Shown piece by piece: positions 13,434 to 25,699 of a DNA stretch of 64,000 nt. The position numbers were made by a program, and so were the translations under genes. The first letter of the stretch is position 1; each line of letters opens with the position of its first letter. This DNA comes from Octopus bimaculoides (Eukaryota), in contig NC_068990.1 in assembly GCF_001194135.2 (NCBI RefSeq), forward strand, positions 40,056,715 to 40,120,714, read 5' to 3'. The notes beneath the pieces were generated by a model. It searched no databases. It saw nothing but the letters and a program-made list of their open reading frames with translations, and was not told where the DNA came from.

Positions 13434-14289
13434 GGGGAGAGGAAGTAGACGCAATATCCTCACTATTTTTGGTAAAGTTAGTTCTAAAGTCGTTCAAAGA
13501 ACAAAAAAAAAAAATAAAGAAAAGCGCATCAAGGGCTTTAGTTTGCTTTAAGTTATTCCNNNNNNNNNNNNNNNNNNNNNNNNNNNNNNNNNNNNNNNNN
13601 NNNNNNNNNNNNNNNNNNNNNNNNNNNNNNNNNNNNNNNNNNNNNNNNNNNNNNNNNNNNNNNNNNNNNNNNNNNNNNNNNNNNNNNNNNNNNNNNNNNN
13701 NNNNNNNNNNNNNNNNNNNNNNNNNNNNNNNNNNNNNNNNNNNNNNNNNNNNNNNNNNNNNNNNNNNNNNNNNNNNNNNNNNNNNNNNNNNNNNNNNNNN
13801 NNNNNNNNNNNNNNNNNNNNNNNNNNNNNNNNNNNNNNNNNNNNNNNNNNNNNNNNNNNNNNNNNNNNNNNNNNNNNNNNNNNNNNNNNNNNNNNNNNNN
13901 NNNNNNNNNNNNNNNNNNNNNNNNNNNNNNNNNNNNNNNNNNNNNNNNNNNNNNNNNNNNNNNNNNNNNNNNNTTAAGAGCTGAGTTTCTGTTGCATAAT
14001 AAATGTGTTCTTTGCTGTAAGTGTTTCGCCAAGAACTCGCCAGAAATAAAAGAAAATTTCCATTCTTATTTTTATCTATTCGATTATTTTTTTTAACTCT
14101 ATAATTTTTTTTCTTTCTTTTTTTTTTTTAGTTTAGCTTTTATTTTTTCTCCGCTTTTGCTGTTGTGAAGTAATCACATTTAAATGTGCGTGTGTATGTT
14201 TTTGCGAAGTGGTCGTAAGCTTCTTGGCAGTTACGATTTCCTGGAGTTTGGTGACTGTGAGAAGAATCTAATGAATAGATAATTATTTC

Positions 14290-14640
14290 TAACATAGGCA
14301 CAAGGCCTAGTTGATATTTAAGGAAGGAGAAAAGTCGATTATATCGAACCCACTACTTGACTAGTCCTTTGTTTTATCGACTTCGGAAGGATGAAAGGCA
14401 ATGATGAATTCAGTGCGATTTGAATTTAAAGGGTAAAGAGCAGGAACACATACTGGTTTCTGATTTAGGTACAATACCAGCAATTCTGAGGGAAGGATTA
14501 CAGTAGATACCATCAACTCCAGATCTTGACTGGTAGCTTATTTTATCGACTCCGAAAGGATTAGTATTTGATCTCAGGCTGTAAAGAGCCGAAACAAATA
14601 CTACCAGGCATTTTGTTAGACGCTCTAACGATTCAGCCAA
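14290..14640 (-). mobile_element. Two degenerate SINE family C copies
   Basis: CACAAGGCC..GTCGATTATATCGA..TTTATCGAC..GGAAGGATGAAAGGC cores; head remnant CTAACGATTCAGCCA. Confidence 0.7.
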
Positions 14641-14810
14641 TCCACTGATCGATAACAGCAGAAAAGAGGTGATATTTTCCCCTCTCTCAACCCCAAACTG
14701 CTTGAAACTACTGATATTGAAATACTGAAATTAAAATTCAAATCTGAAGCTCAAAATTCGTTATTAAATCAAAGAAAATAAATGTTTTCAAAATGTAAAA
14801 ATTACAGTTC

Positions 14811-14989
14811 TATATTTGAGAGATGAGGAATTATGTACATTATTTACATTATTTACATTTGACGAATATTTGTCCTCATCTTGTTTGTTGTTAACACAAC
14901 GTTTCGGCTGATATGCTCTCCAGCCTTCATCAGGTGTCTTGAGAAATTTCGAACCTGGGTTCTCACTCCTAAGGTCTTTTTCGATGTTG

Positions 14990-15058
<69 letters not shown>

Positions 15059-15111
15059 TCACTGCCTGGAATCGAAGAGCTTGGTTACCCCAAAATTCTG
15101 AAATAATAATC

Positions 15112-15148
<37 letters not shown>

Positions 15149-15215
15149 TGATGATAATAATAATAACATCGAAAAATACCTTAGGAATGAGAACCCAGGT
15201 TCGAAATTTCCCCAA
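14811..15215. mobile_element. SINE family D, divergent (head-to-head) pair
   Basis: Minus copy 14811-15076 (box B TTCGATTCC, (AAT)n, body, HHR, tail) and plus copy 15077-15215; arms GAAATTTCGAACCTGGGTTCTCA.TCCTAAGGT.TTTTTCGATGTT / reverse complement; same family at 62243-62520. Confidence 0.85.
14893..14938 (-). ncRNA. Minimal type I hammerhead ribozyme in SINE D
   Basis: GACAC-CUGAUGA-A-GGCUG(GAGAGCAUAU)CAGCC-GAAA-CG-UU^GUGUU; stem I 5 bp, stem II 5 bp, palindromic AACGUU stem III. Confidence 0.75.
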
Positions 15216-15346
15216 ATATATTAATAAAAAATATTTTAACTATTCTCAGTGCATTTTCAACTTCTTTTTTTCTTATATAGAGATATTAAAAACGTCAGAA
15301 ATATCAATACCAACAGGCAATCTTTATCGCCAGCTCAACGTGTGTT

Positions 15347-15676
15347 AGGACACCGAATACCGCTTTTATTTACCTTGGGAGGACATCTCATACGGATTCC
15401 TGGTGCATAAAATCACTCGTATTTACATCGTTGACAGACGAGAACAGTCTACTATGGCTGCCGGATCTGCCAGGTCAGGTGATTCAACCTTACTATGGAT
15501 CCTCCAGACGTCTGCCACTGAGGAGTCCATGCAGAGCAAAATCACGTAATCAGGAAGGTCTGGCAATCGTAGCAGACGATTCTAGTCTATCAATGACATA
15601 AATACGAGTGCTTTTATGCACCACGAATCCAGATGAGAAGTTCTCTCTAGGTAAATAACACAGTATTCTGTGTTCT
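15347..15676. mobile_element. Foldback element with about 139-bp diverged arms and a decayed HHR (probable PLE pseudo-LTR inversion)
   Basis: Arms 15347-15485 and 15539-15676, e.g. TTATTTACCT..GGATTC.TGGTGCATAAAA.CACTCGTATTTA on both strands; CTGCCA-CTGAGGA-GTCC in spacer. Confidence 0.75.
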
Positions 15677-15887
<211 letters not shown>

Positions 15888-15956
15888 CGTATTTAAGTTG
15901 CCAGGAATGTGTTTAAAATGTTAATTGGTCTATCAAATAGTGCTACAATGCTAAAC

Positions 15957-16378
15957 TTAGAGAGTATTTAAACAATGCGTTCTTGGATGGTTGATGGGTT
16001 GGATGTGGTGCTGATGAAAGATTAATAACTCTTGAAATATGCATATACAGTCTTTACCTATGTTTTCTCTCTTCGACCACATTATTCATATTGACGTTGG
16101 CAACCATAATTTACTACAAAGAATATTAAATGTTTACGAGTCAATATTGTCTTGTTTTTATGTTAACAGTGCGATGTCCTCATTTTAAAGTTTATCTTCA
16201 TGGATGTTCTATAGAATTCAGAGCCAGCACTGAATACGTCCATGTGAATAATGTGATCGAAGAGAGAAAACATAGGTAAGGACTGTATATGCATATTTGA
16301 AGAGTTATTAGACTTTCATCAGCACCACATCCAACCCATCAATCATCAAAGAACGCATTGCTTGAATACCCCCTCTAA
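15957..16378. mobile_element. Foldback/MITE with about 140-bp arms, roughly 90% identical
   Basis: 15957-16097 is the reverse complement of 16236-16378. Confidence 0.85.
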
Positions 16379-17188
16379 AGGGATATAATAAATATCTTGG
16401 AAACAGTTGTAAGACCTTCTATCTATAAATGTTCTAAATTCTTCACAGCCTTGGTTTTTTATCTCATTCTGAAAAATAATTTTTTATATATACACACGCT
16501 GATATATGACCTACGTTGGACTTCTTATTCGCATAATCAGCGAACCTGGAGCTTAACTATGGTCTATCCATAGCACTTACTCAGCATTACCTGAAACCTT
16601 TGGGTCTAAGTGACACCATTACCTCTCATAACCNNNNNNNNNNNNNNNNNNNNATATATATATATATATATATAGCTATATTATATTCTGTTAAGAACGT
16701 AGAAGAGCACAGTATAGATCTCGTCTATCTTCAGATTTCAGATACCTGCAAGCTTGGAGAAGTACGTTGCGTGGAAACGATTGTAGTGATTACGAATAAA
16801 TGCCCACCTGTACTCCATCTTGTTGACTCCAACTTATTCAATTATATATATTGAAAGAGGTTTATATGAGAACCAGTCTTTCTTTGAAGCAATTTTTACC
16901 GCTGTTATCAAGTATTCTTTTCTTTTCTTACTTTCTATATAATTTCTTGACAGTTTTTTTCGGACAGTAAAGCTCTCAAATCCTTTATCATCGTATTTAG
17001 ACAGTCACAGTATCATCTTCAGGATGAAGTGTTATTGGCGTGTGTTGCTACCTCTTTATTGCGTGCTAGGGTAATGAGATAAGTGTAGATACATAGATGC
17101 ACATGAATACACACATACGCCCAGCACATATACGTTAGTGCGTACATATGTGTGGGGTGATTTGTATATTTGTATGATTATATGATTG

Positions 17189-17228
<40 letters not shown>

Positions 17229-17264
17229 CGCACTTACACACACATATATGTTCATACATGGTAC

Positions 17265-17346
<82 letters not shown>

Positions 17347-17584
17347 AAGTATGAGTATGTACACATCTGTAAATGTGTATTTAGGGTGCGGTTCAGAAAA
17401 TGGAGAAAATAACATGTAATGTTAAGTTGAAGTTTTATGACATTCTTGACTTGACAAAGAACTGGCATCGGGGAAGGAGGCTGGTGTATTGTTGCATCTG
17501 TAGCTGTAGTTTATTATTTTGTAAATATTTTATTGTATGGCAGTGGAGGTGGCGGTAATTGGAATTGAGCTGTTATTGTCCTTG

Positions 17585-17702
17585 ATGCTGTTGTTGTTGT
17601 TGCTGCTGCTGCTGCTGCTACTGCTACTGGTGGTGGCGGCGGCACCATAGTAGTGGTATTGGCGATAATTGGGTTGGGCTGTTTTTACTTGCAGTGATGA
17701 TG

Positions 17703-17761
<59 letters not shown>

Positions 17762-17786
17762 GGCGGCGGCGGCGGCGGCGGCGGGG
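17585..17786. repeat. Compound triplet repeats (GTT/GCT/GAT/GGT/GGC)
   Basis: Direct. Confidence 0.9.
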
Positions 17787-18249
17787 GTCCTGATAGTAGT
17801 GATATCCTATTTAGGCTTTTGTTTAATATTGCATGTACGGGATGTATTTTCCCACATGCGTTTGAGTGTATAAACGTATGTGTTAATGTGTGCATGTGTC
17901 TGTCCACAGATTCCATGTTATGTGATAATGTAGTTGTTGTTATCGCTTGCTGACCTCCAGATGTCTCTTGTAACGCAACGTACAATTAGTCAACGGCATA
18001 CAACTTATGTTGTTTATTAAACAAAAATATGAAGTACATTTACATGTACATGCGCCAGACAAATGATTCCCAAATGTTATTCACCCCTCTACTCTCTTAT
18101 ATCCATACTATTTTGCTTCCAGATTTCCCCTTTTCCTGTAATATATTGGTTCACACATCAATAAATTAGATAATAACACAGTATGTTTCCACAGACTAAC
18201 CAAACTAAACCAAATGGCCTCTTAAACAGTTCCGCCAGAACATTCTCTT

Positions 18250-18597
18250 TTATTCTACCCTCGTGTCATTGAGGAAATCGTGACCTAGACTACATCCTGG
18301 GACACTACAGACCAGCAGAGAGTCATGCGTTTTCTCCATATTACACTGCAATCGCTGGACCAATGTCTTGTATCCATTTTGCATCTCGTCTACTACTGGC
18401 TGAAATTCTAACACACAAGTGTCTACCGACCTGCTAGAAAAGGAAAGCAAATCTCTCTCAACGCATACCTTAACACCATACAAATTTACATTTGTATCAT
18501 GTCTGAGACACACTATTTCAGACGGTAAGGCAGTAAAGTCATCGCTGCAATGAACTTTAATCATAGATCTATCTACTAAATCAACGTATATAGACAT
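18250..18597 (-). CDS. Unassigned 115-aa ORF, possible exon or gene relic
   Basis: Longest non-repetitive, non-TE ORF in the window; protein-like composition; no recognised domain; stop codon immediately upstream in frame. Confidence 0.2.
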   Translation of the reverse strand: MSIYVDLVDRSMIKVHCSDDFTALPSEIVCLRHDTNVNLYGVKVCVERDLLSFSSRSVDTCVLEFQPVVDEMQNGYKTLVQRLQCNMEKTHDSLLVCSVPGCSLGHDFLNDTRVE

Positions 18598-19290
18598 TCA
18601 CAGCATCATCTTCAGAATGAAGTTTTATCGGCGTATGTTGTTACTTCTTTATAGTAAGCAGGGCTACACTGGTATTCGAACACGCCTCACCTTCCTTTCC
18701 CTTCACCTCTGTTGCATCTCATTCCTCAGAAACTCCATGAAAAAGAAGTGAATAAAATCAGCGAAGAAGCCACTACGTGGTCGCTCAACTTGCAAGAAAT
18801 AACTTAACGGGGTTAAAGACAGAATTATCTCGATTGAAATGATTTGGATGTTAGAGTTTCATGATCAGAATTGGGATTAAATAATAACAATTTTTTTACC
18901 ATTGCTTCCTCACCAAAACTTTATCTCTTTGTGACAGATTTATCTGGACACAACCATTTGTGTCCAATCTGTCCAATCACGAAGATAAATAAAAGCTTTA
19001 ATCCTGGTAGTAATATCACTGATTTTACTCGTAGTTTTCGCTGTGATACTTTACTAAAAATGAGCTAGTGCCCCACGTTCCGAACTAACCGATGAATATT
19101 AAATTTATAATTCATCCTCTTTTTATTTGACTTTTGTTTACTCTTTTGACATCTCTCTTTCGACGCCAGCATGTGTTGGATTAGTCTGTAAATTTATATC
19201 ATTCACATCATTCACTGGAGCAAACGTATCGCTAGTTCAATGTCTTTCGTCGCCATTATTCGTAAAGCTTATTTCACAACTTTGAAATAG

Positions 19291-19336
<46 letters not shown>

Positions 19337-19390
19337 NNNNNNNNNNNNNNNNNNNNNNNNNNNNNNNNNNNNNNNNNNNNNNNNNNNNNN

Positions 19391-19455
<65 letters not shown>

Positions 19456-19839
19456 AAGAGAGAGAAAGCTAAGGGTTTGAAACAATCCAGTTGTGCCATT
19501 ATTGAACCACTAACAACAGTTATGTGTGAGAACAGTGAAGTTAGATTGAACTAGAGAAGGTTATTGTTAGTGGGTGGTGAATAGTTGAGGTTGGAGGAGA
19601 TGACGAATGTTATAATAACGCCTTTGACATAGCTTGAACTCATGACCTAACCATTCAGCCAGTACATTGATAAATCACTAATCAGCAAAGATTAATTAAG
19701 TGCAGCTAAGCATTATACAAAAAAAAATTAATAAAAAGTCCAAAAGTAAAACCTTAAAACTCTCCTAGATACATAAAATCGAGGTTTAACAATATTTCAA
19801 ACAAAACAATAAATACAAAATATAATCTCTGGCGATTTG

Positions 19840-19995
<156 letters not shown>

Positions 19996-22680
19996 CTATG
20001 AAATAAAAAATCTTAAGATTAAACTCCGTTTCCAGTTGTTTCTATAACAAGTGAAGCATTCTAACAGTGTGTTTATATAAATCAATTTAATCCATCTTTA
20101 ATCTAAACTTAAGCCTTATCCATTTAATTATAGGATTATTCTTAAATAGTAGTTTGTTGCATGTTTTTCTTTGTTTTTCTATTGTTTTTCTATTGCTAGT
20201 CCTTCTTTTCCTTTTTCTTCTTCTCTCAACTTGTATATCTTTCACATTCTATCTAGCTTCATTATTATGATATTTGATAAAGACAACAACAAAATTCCTT
20301 TTGTTAACTGCAACAAATTTCTGAGGCTTCCATTAGATTTATTCAGAGCACCAACAAAAATATTTCCTGGTCTTAACGAATACGAATGAAGAAAGCCCTG
20401 CGGCAATAAAGCAAGCCAGAGTTAGGGGTTGACTGTTTTCGACAAAGGAATGAAAGAAATTTTCTGTAATGTAAAAATAATTTCGATTTGTTTGCTGTTT
20501 AATGCTAAAATTGATTTATATTTTCAAAGTTAACAATGAATTAATTTATCAAGAAGCCAACACAAAGAAAGAGAAAAGGAAAAAAATATTTTCGATTAAA
20601 CAAACAATTGTTTGAGATTTTAAAAATTTATTTCTAAACATAACTTTACATTCAATTTATATCTTAACCTTGTTGCAAGCCAGAGTTCATACTGTGACAA
20701 CGTCCTGGAAACCACTATTGAGATTAACAGTTCGTGTCACCATGAAACCCAGTACTAAACTGCGGTCCTGCTGGAGTCACATGTAAAAGATACAGCTTCC
20801 CTAATAGAAAATAGGAGCAGCTTTGGTGAAGGATTACAAATGTAGATTAGAATGTTATTACTTTAAAATAGAAAAGAAATTTCCATCTCAAATTGTTGAA
20901 AGTTCGATAATTTTGACAGTGCAGGGTGATGATCTATATTGATTTATTGTATACGTACTTAGAGATAGAGCTGACGAAACCTCTGCATGGTGCATTAAAC
21001 TAGTGGAAATAGCAACCAAATCTTGGTCAAATCGCACACTACTATCTAGTCCAGAAATTAAAAAAAGATACATAATGGTCATGGCTGGAAAGTATTTCTC
21101 ATAGGTTAGTTTGATCAGAGCTGACGTTAACTCAATGGATAAGCAACAAAAATAAATACTTATTTGCAGTGTTATTTTCGGAGTTAAATACCTTGGAGCA
21201 ATGTCATAATGGATGTCTAATAACGACAGGATTTAATGGGTTTTGGTGGCCAGAGTTCTGCTTTGGTATCTTTATGAAAACACTGAGCTATAAACTAAAC
21301 ACACCAAACATTAGTGAAGTGAACACATACATAAATACATAACGACAGACATACATGCATTCATACATATATACATATACATCTGTACATACATGTGTAT
21401 GAATATATCCATTAATATATGTATGTATGCGTGTGTGAGAGAGATGTGGGATGCTCACGAGTGCTTTGGAAACGTGTAGTCCAGTTTAACCTGCTGCAAG
21501 GCTGGGTCATCAGCCACCCACTAAACCGGTTCCAACCGGTCCCCTACCAATCTTGTCTGGTAAGAAGAATTGTTAGAAAACGTAGTAGAACACTTGTCAG
21601 AAGGATGGATGAACCCAGCGTAGGTTCAGAGAGATTAGCAATAGCATGGGGATGTAGAAGTACCCGTGATGAACAATAGGGATTCAAGCCCACCTGGGAG
21701 AAATGGACCCTTAGTTCTTTTGAGAAATTCTCTCTAGGAGATGGAAATTATGATGTAAAAATCCTGAGGATCGTCGCGGTTAATAGTGGGTCATCGTAAT
21801 GAAAACAGTACAGTTTGAAAAGTGAGTGCCGTACTGCACACGCTTCATTCATAATAATGTTCCCACAGGAACGTCTTGGAAAATACACTCTGATAAAGAA
21901 AAATTAAAAGCGGTGGGAAGAAGTGGAATATACAGGCTTGAGCAGCTAGGTGTATGTAATTTCAAACCGGCAAGCAGTTGACTTGGGATATTGGGCGCTA
22001 CGTTTTTCAAACTATGGTGATGGCGAGATTCGGCAGCACCTTACAACAGCTTTTTCCAGAGTTAGCACGCCAAGTTCTGAAGCTGACCAGCAGCCTCAAG
22101 AAGATGGTTGTCTTCTCTTTGATGGTTTCCACGGTAACAACTAAGCAATCTACAACTTACCAAGAAATGGGCGTACTCAAACACAAGTTGCTTTCCACCA
22201 TGCGTGTGTATATGTGTATGTGTGTGCGTGTGCGTGTGTGTTACAAGTGCGTGCGTGTCAGGCTGACAAATGCAGTGTCGTTTTTTTTAAAATGAAGGTG
22301 AAGTATACTAATTATGGAAGATTATTAATGTAATTGCATTAGTTTTCAAGATCCAGTTTAAATGAAGTTATAATTATTAGTTCGCTACCGTCGTTTTGCC
22401 GATGGCAAAATATCAAAATTATAAATTTAAATTGTTTATGTATTGCTAGTGCTATCATTACTATTATGTAGATTCAGTTTAAATACGAAGGGTCTTTGCA
22501 AAATAAATGTTTAATTAGGCTTCTATATTTGGATAAATTATTGAAATATCGGTGTTATTTCACAGCAATGGCTAAATAAGTAATCTTTTAATACCATTTC
22601 ATTAAAGGTGTTTATTTAAACATAATTTATTTCATATTCTATAAGCTCAATATATGCATTCTATAATATTTTCATTTATT

Positions 22681-23279
22681 AAGGCGGCGAGCTGGCAGAA
22701 ACGTTAGCACGCCGGACGAAATGCTTAGCGGTATTTCGTCTGCAGTTACATTCTGAGTTCAAATTCCGCCGAGGTCGACTTTGCCTTTAATCCTTTCAGG
22801 GTCGATAAATTAAGTACCAGTTACGCACTGGAGTCGATGTAATCGACTTAATCCCTTTGTCTGTCCTTGTTTGTCCCTTGTGGGCAATCAAGAAACGTTA
22901 GCACACCGGACGAAATGTTTAATGGTATTTCGTCTGCCGTTACGTTCTGAGTTCAAATTCCTCCGAGGTCGACTTTGCTTTTCGCCTTTTTGGGATCAAT
23001 AAATTAAGTACCAGTTACACACTGGAGTCGATGTAATCGACTTAATCCCCTTGTTTGTCCCCTCTATGTTTAGCCCCTTGTGGGCAATAAAGAAATAAGA
23101 AACATTAGCATGCTGAGCGGTATTTCGTCTGTCTTTATCTGAGTTCAAATTCCGCCGAGGTCGATCTTCCTTTTCATCCTTTCGGAGGTCGATCAATTAA
23201 GTACCAGCTGCGTACTAGGGTCAATCTAATCGGCTGGCTCTCTCCCCCAAAATTTCGAGCCTTGTGCCTAGAGTAGAAA
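22681..23279 (+). mobile_element. SINE family C trimer inside a single 18-bp TSD
   Basis: Three cores (about 22681-22890, 22891-23100, 23101-23279); ATAATATTTTCATTTATT at 22663-22680 and 23280-23297. Confidence 0.9.
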
Positions 23280-23959
23280 ATAATATTTTCATTTATTTAG
23301 ATAACTTCTCCATAAAAAAAAATTTTCTAGTCAAAAGTCTGAATTTATGATGACGTGGTTGATTTTTCTTTGATCTATGAATATTCACATGATTGTTGGA
23401 TCGCCCACCTCTACTAATATCATTATTGTCTGTGTGAGAACAATACAGTCCAAAGATACATTCTGCACCTCTTCAAACTTTGTCCTTGACTCTTGTTTAT
23501 CTACATAATAAAAGCAGGTTTTATAGGAAATTAAAATCTTTTTTTAAATTGAATAAATTGGTACCAGACTGTCGGAGAGAAATCCACTGGAATCATTCTC
23601 ACTTTCCCAGCGTCACAGCACTGAGTTAACCATTAAGCAAAATAAGCACGTGCTTAGGGCATTCAAAGAAGAGTTGGGGGTGGGCTCCACAGAAATGGTA
23701 AATAGTTTACGACATAAAAGAAATCACTTTAATTTGCTAAAATGATAATTGACGTGGTTTATGCGATCGGAAATAACATTTCGAAATGTTCATGGTGTCA
23801 TAGAGAAGATCTGATCAAAGATTTTGCAATTAAAAAACGTAGGGGCGAACGTTAGAGATATAAATAAAGAGAAAGTATACGAAAATAAACATTATTTTCC
23901 ACTTTGCTGTCAGTTTTGCTTCACATTGAAAAAGGAAAATGTGTTTTATGGTTTATTGC

Positions 23960-24370
23960 TTATATTTTGAATTGAGCTGTCTCATATGTAGTTATTTTCA
24001 AGATGTTCCATTTTTCTTCAAGTTCTTTGTTTCCTATATCCTCCCATTCTTCCAAAGCCGTATCCAGTTGTTCTTGAAATTCCTGTTTCACTTTGGTGTC
24101 TCTGAGTTTAGTGGTGTTTAGCTTAATTTGTGGTCAGCATTTTGTTTTCATACTTCGCTTCTTGAAGAAAAAAGCGACTTTTAATTTTATAATGTGGTGA
24201 TCAGTATAGCAGTCTGCATCTCTCATGATTCTTGTATCCACGACATCGTTCTGATCTCTTGTGCGGGTAATTACGTGATCTAACAAGTGTCAATGCTTGG
24301 TGCGAGGATGCATCCAAGTGGTCTTTTGATAGACTTTGTGCTTGAAGATAGTGTCTGAATTACATGTATA
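23960..24370 (-). mobile_element. RTE-type LINE AP-endonuclease C-terminal remnant
   Basis: DTIFKHKVYQKTTWMHPRTKH*HLLDHVITRTRDQNDVVDTRIMRDADCYTDHHII..KLNTTKLRDTKVKQEFQEQL. Confidence 0.85.
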
Positions 24371-24928
24371 TGGAGCCACTAAAATCCTTTAAGTGTTCAG
24401 GGCCTCCACTGGCCTTTATCCGGCCCTACAGTGTCAACACCGCTAAGTTTGCTGACTTGTAGTAAACTGTCCGTATACCGAGGACCACTAATCAACTTCA
24501 GTAGCAGTGTCCATTTCTGTGATCTAAGTTTCGGAGGAGCATTATTAGAGCACCTACTTGGATTCTGGCGATGTGAAGAGGTAAACTACTTATATTTTAG
24601 TGAATTCAAAAATTATGTGGGTTAAAGAACAGCCTGGAATCTTTTGCTGCCAAATTTATGCTTCTCAGTGCAATCACATTTCCAGAAATTTTATTCATAA
24701 TCTCATCGAGTTGATCACACTGTTAGGAGCTTTTGAAAACATCCATTGCTCATCATCTAAGTCTGTTGCTAGATTGGTATAAACATATTAAACCAGGTTT
24801 TCTTTGGAATTCACTGTTAGGAAGAACAGAATCACAATGGCTGCATGGAAAGATGTGTCAGTATTAACAATGTCTGGAAACCTTCTCTTGCTATATTTGA
24901 GCAACACCTTTGCATGATAGTTTTAGCC

Positions 24929-25201
24929 CAGTGGTTCCCAAAGTGGGCGGTATTGCCCCCTGGAGGCGGTAGAAAGTTCCAAGGGGGCGTTGAAGAAAAG
25001 TGGGGCGATAATGGGGTAGCTATTCATATAACAATAACAAAATAATGATTCATTAGATTAAGTTTTATTTGTTAAATCCAGTTGCTTTAAATTTGCTTCA
25101 GAAAGAGGTCTATGTTTGTGATGGTTAGTTGGGGTGGGGGCGCTAAGAATGTGGCCTGGGTGTCAAGGGGACGGCAGCCCAAAAAAGTTTGGGAACCACT
25201 A
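24929..25201. mobile_element. hAT (Charlie-like) MITE, 273 bp
   Basis: Terminal inverted repeat (TIR) CAGTGGTTCCCAAA / TTTGGGAACCACTA; 8-bp TSD TTTTAGCC / GTTTAGCC. Confidence 0.85.
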
Positions 25202-25308
25202 GTTTAGCCGATTACATGCAATAAAATCATTGTTGTTGAAACAATTGAGAAGTCTTATATTTGTCTGAATATGCAAACCTTCGCATTGACTTGAAATAGA
25301 AAATCTTT

Positions 25309-25690
25309 TTGCGCAGGAGTGGCTGTGTGGTAAGTAGCTTACTTACCAACCACATGGCTCCAGGTTCAGTTCCACTGCGTGGCATCTTGGGCAAGCGTCT
25401 TCTACTATAGCATCGGGCCAACCAAAACCTTGTGAGTGGATTTGGTAGACGGAAACTGAAAGAAACCCGTCGTATATATGTGTCTGTGTTTGTCCCCCTA
25501 GTATTGCTTGACAACCGATGCTGGTCTGCTTATGTCCCCGTCACTTAGCGGTTCGGCAAAACAGACCGATAGAATAAGTACTAGGCTTACAAAGAATAAG
25601 TCCCGGGGTCGATTTGTTCGACTAAAGGCGGTGCCCTAGCATGGCCGCAGTCAAATGACTGAAACAAGTAAAAAAGTAAAGAGAGAGTAT
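25309..25690 (+). mobile_element. SINE family A, full length
   Basis: GCGCAGGAGTGGCTGTGTGG..GGTTCAGTTCC..GGCATCTTGGGCAAG..GACTGAAACAAGTAAAA. Confidence 0.9.
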
Positions 25691-25699
25691 GCATAAATT

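Noticed and set aside
15222-15285. About 55-bp sequence shared with 42305-42362
   Set aside because: Real in-window repeat but too short to classify; probably a fragment of a common element
16990-17025. Minus-strand CATC-CTGAAGA-T-GATA/TGTC core (and paralogue at about 18580-18620)
   Set aside because: Both copies have T in place of G12 and too few bases for stem III
21950-22295. Overlapping 64- and 105-aa ORFs in GC-richer DNA
   Set aside because: No recognisable motif; cannot distinguish an exon from a decayed repeat
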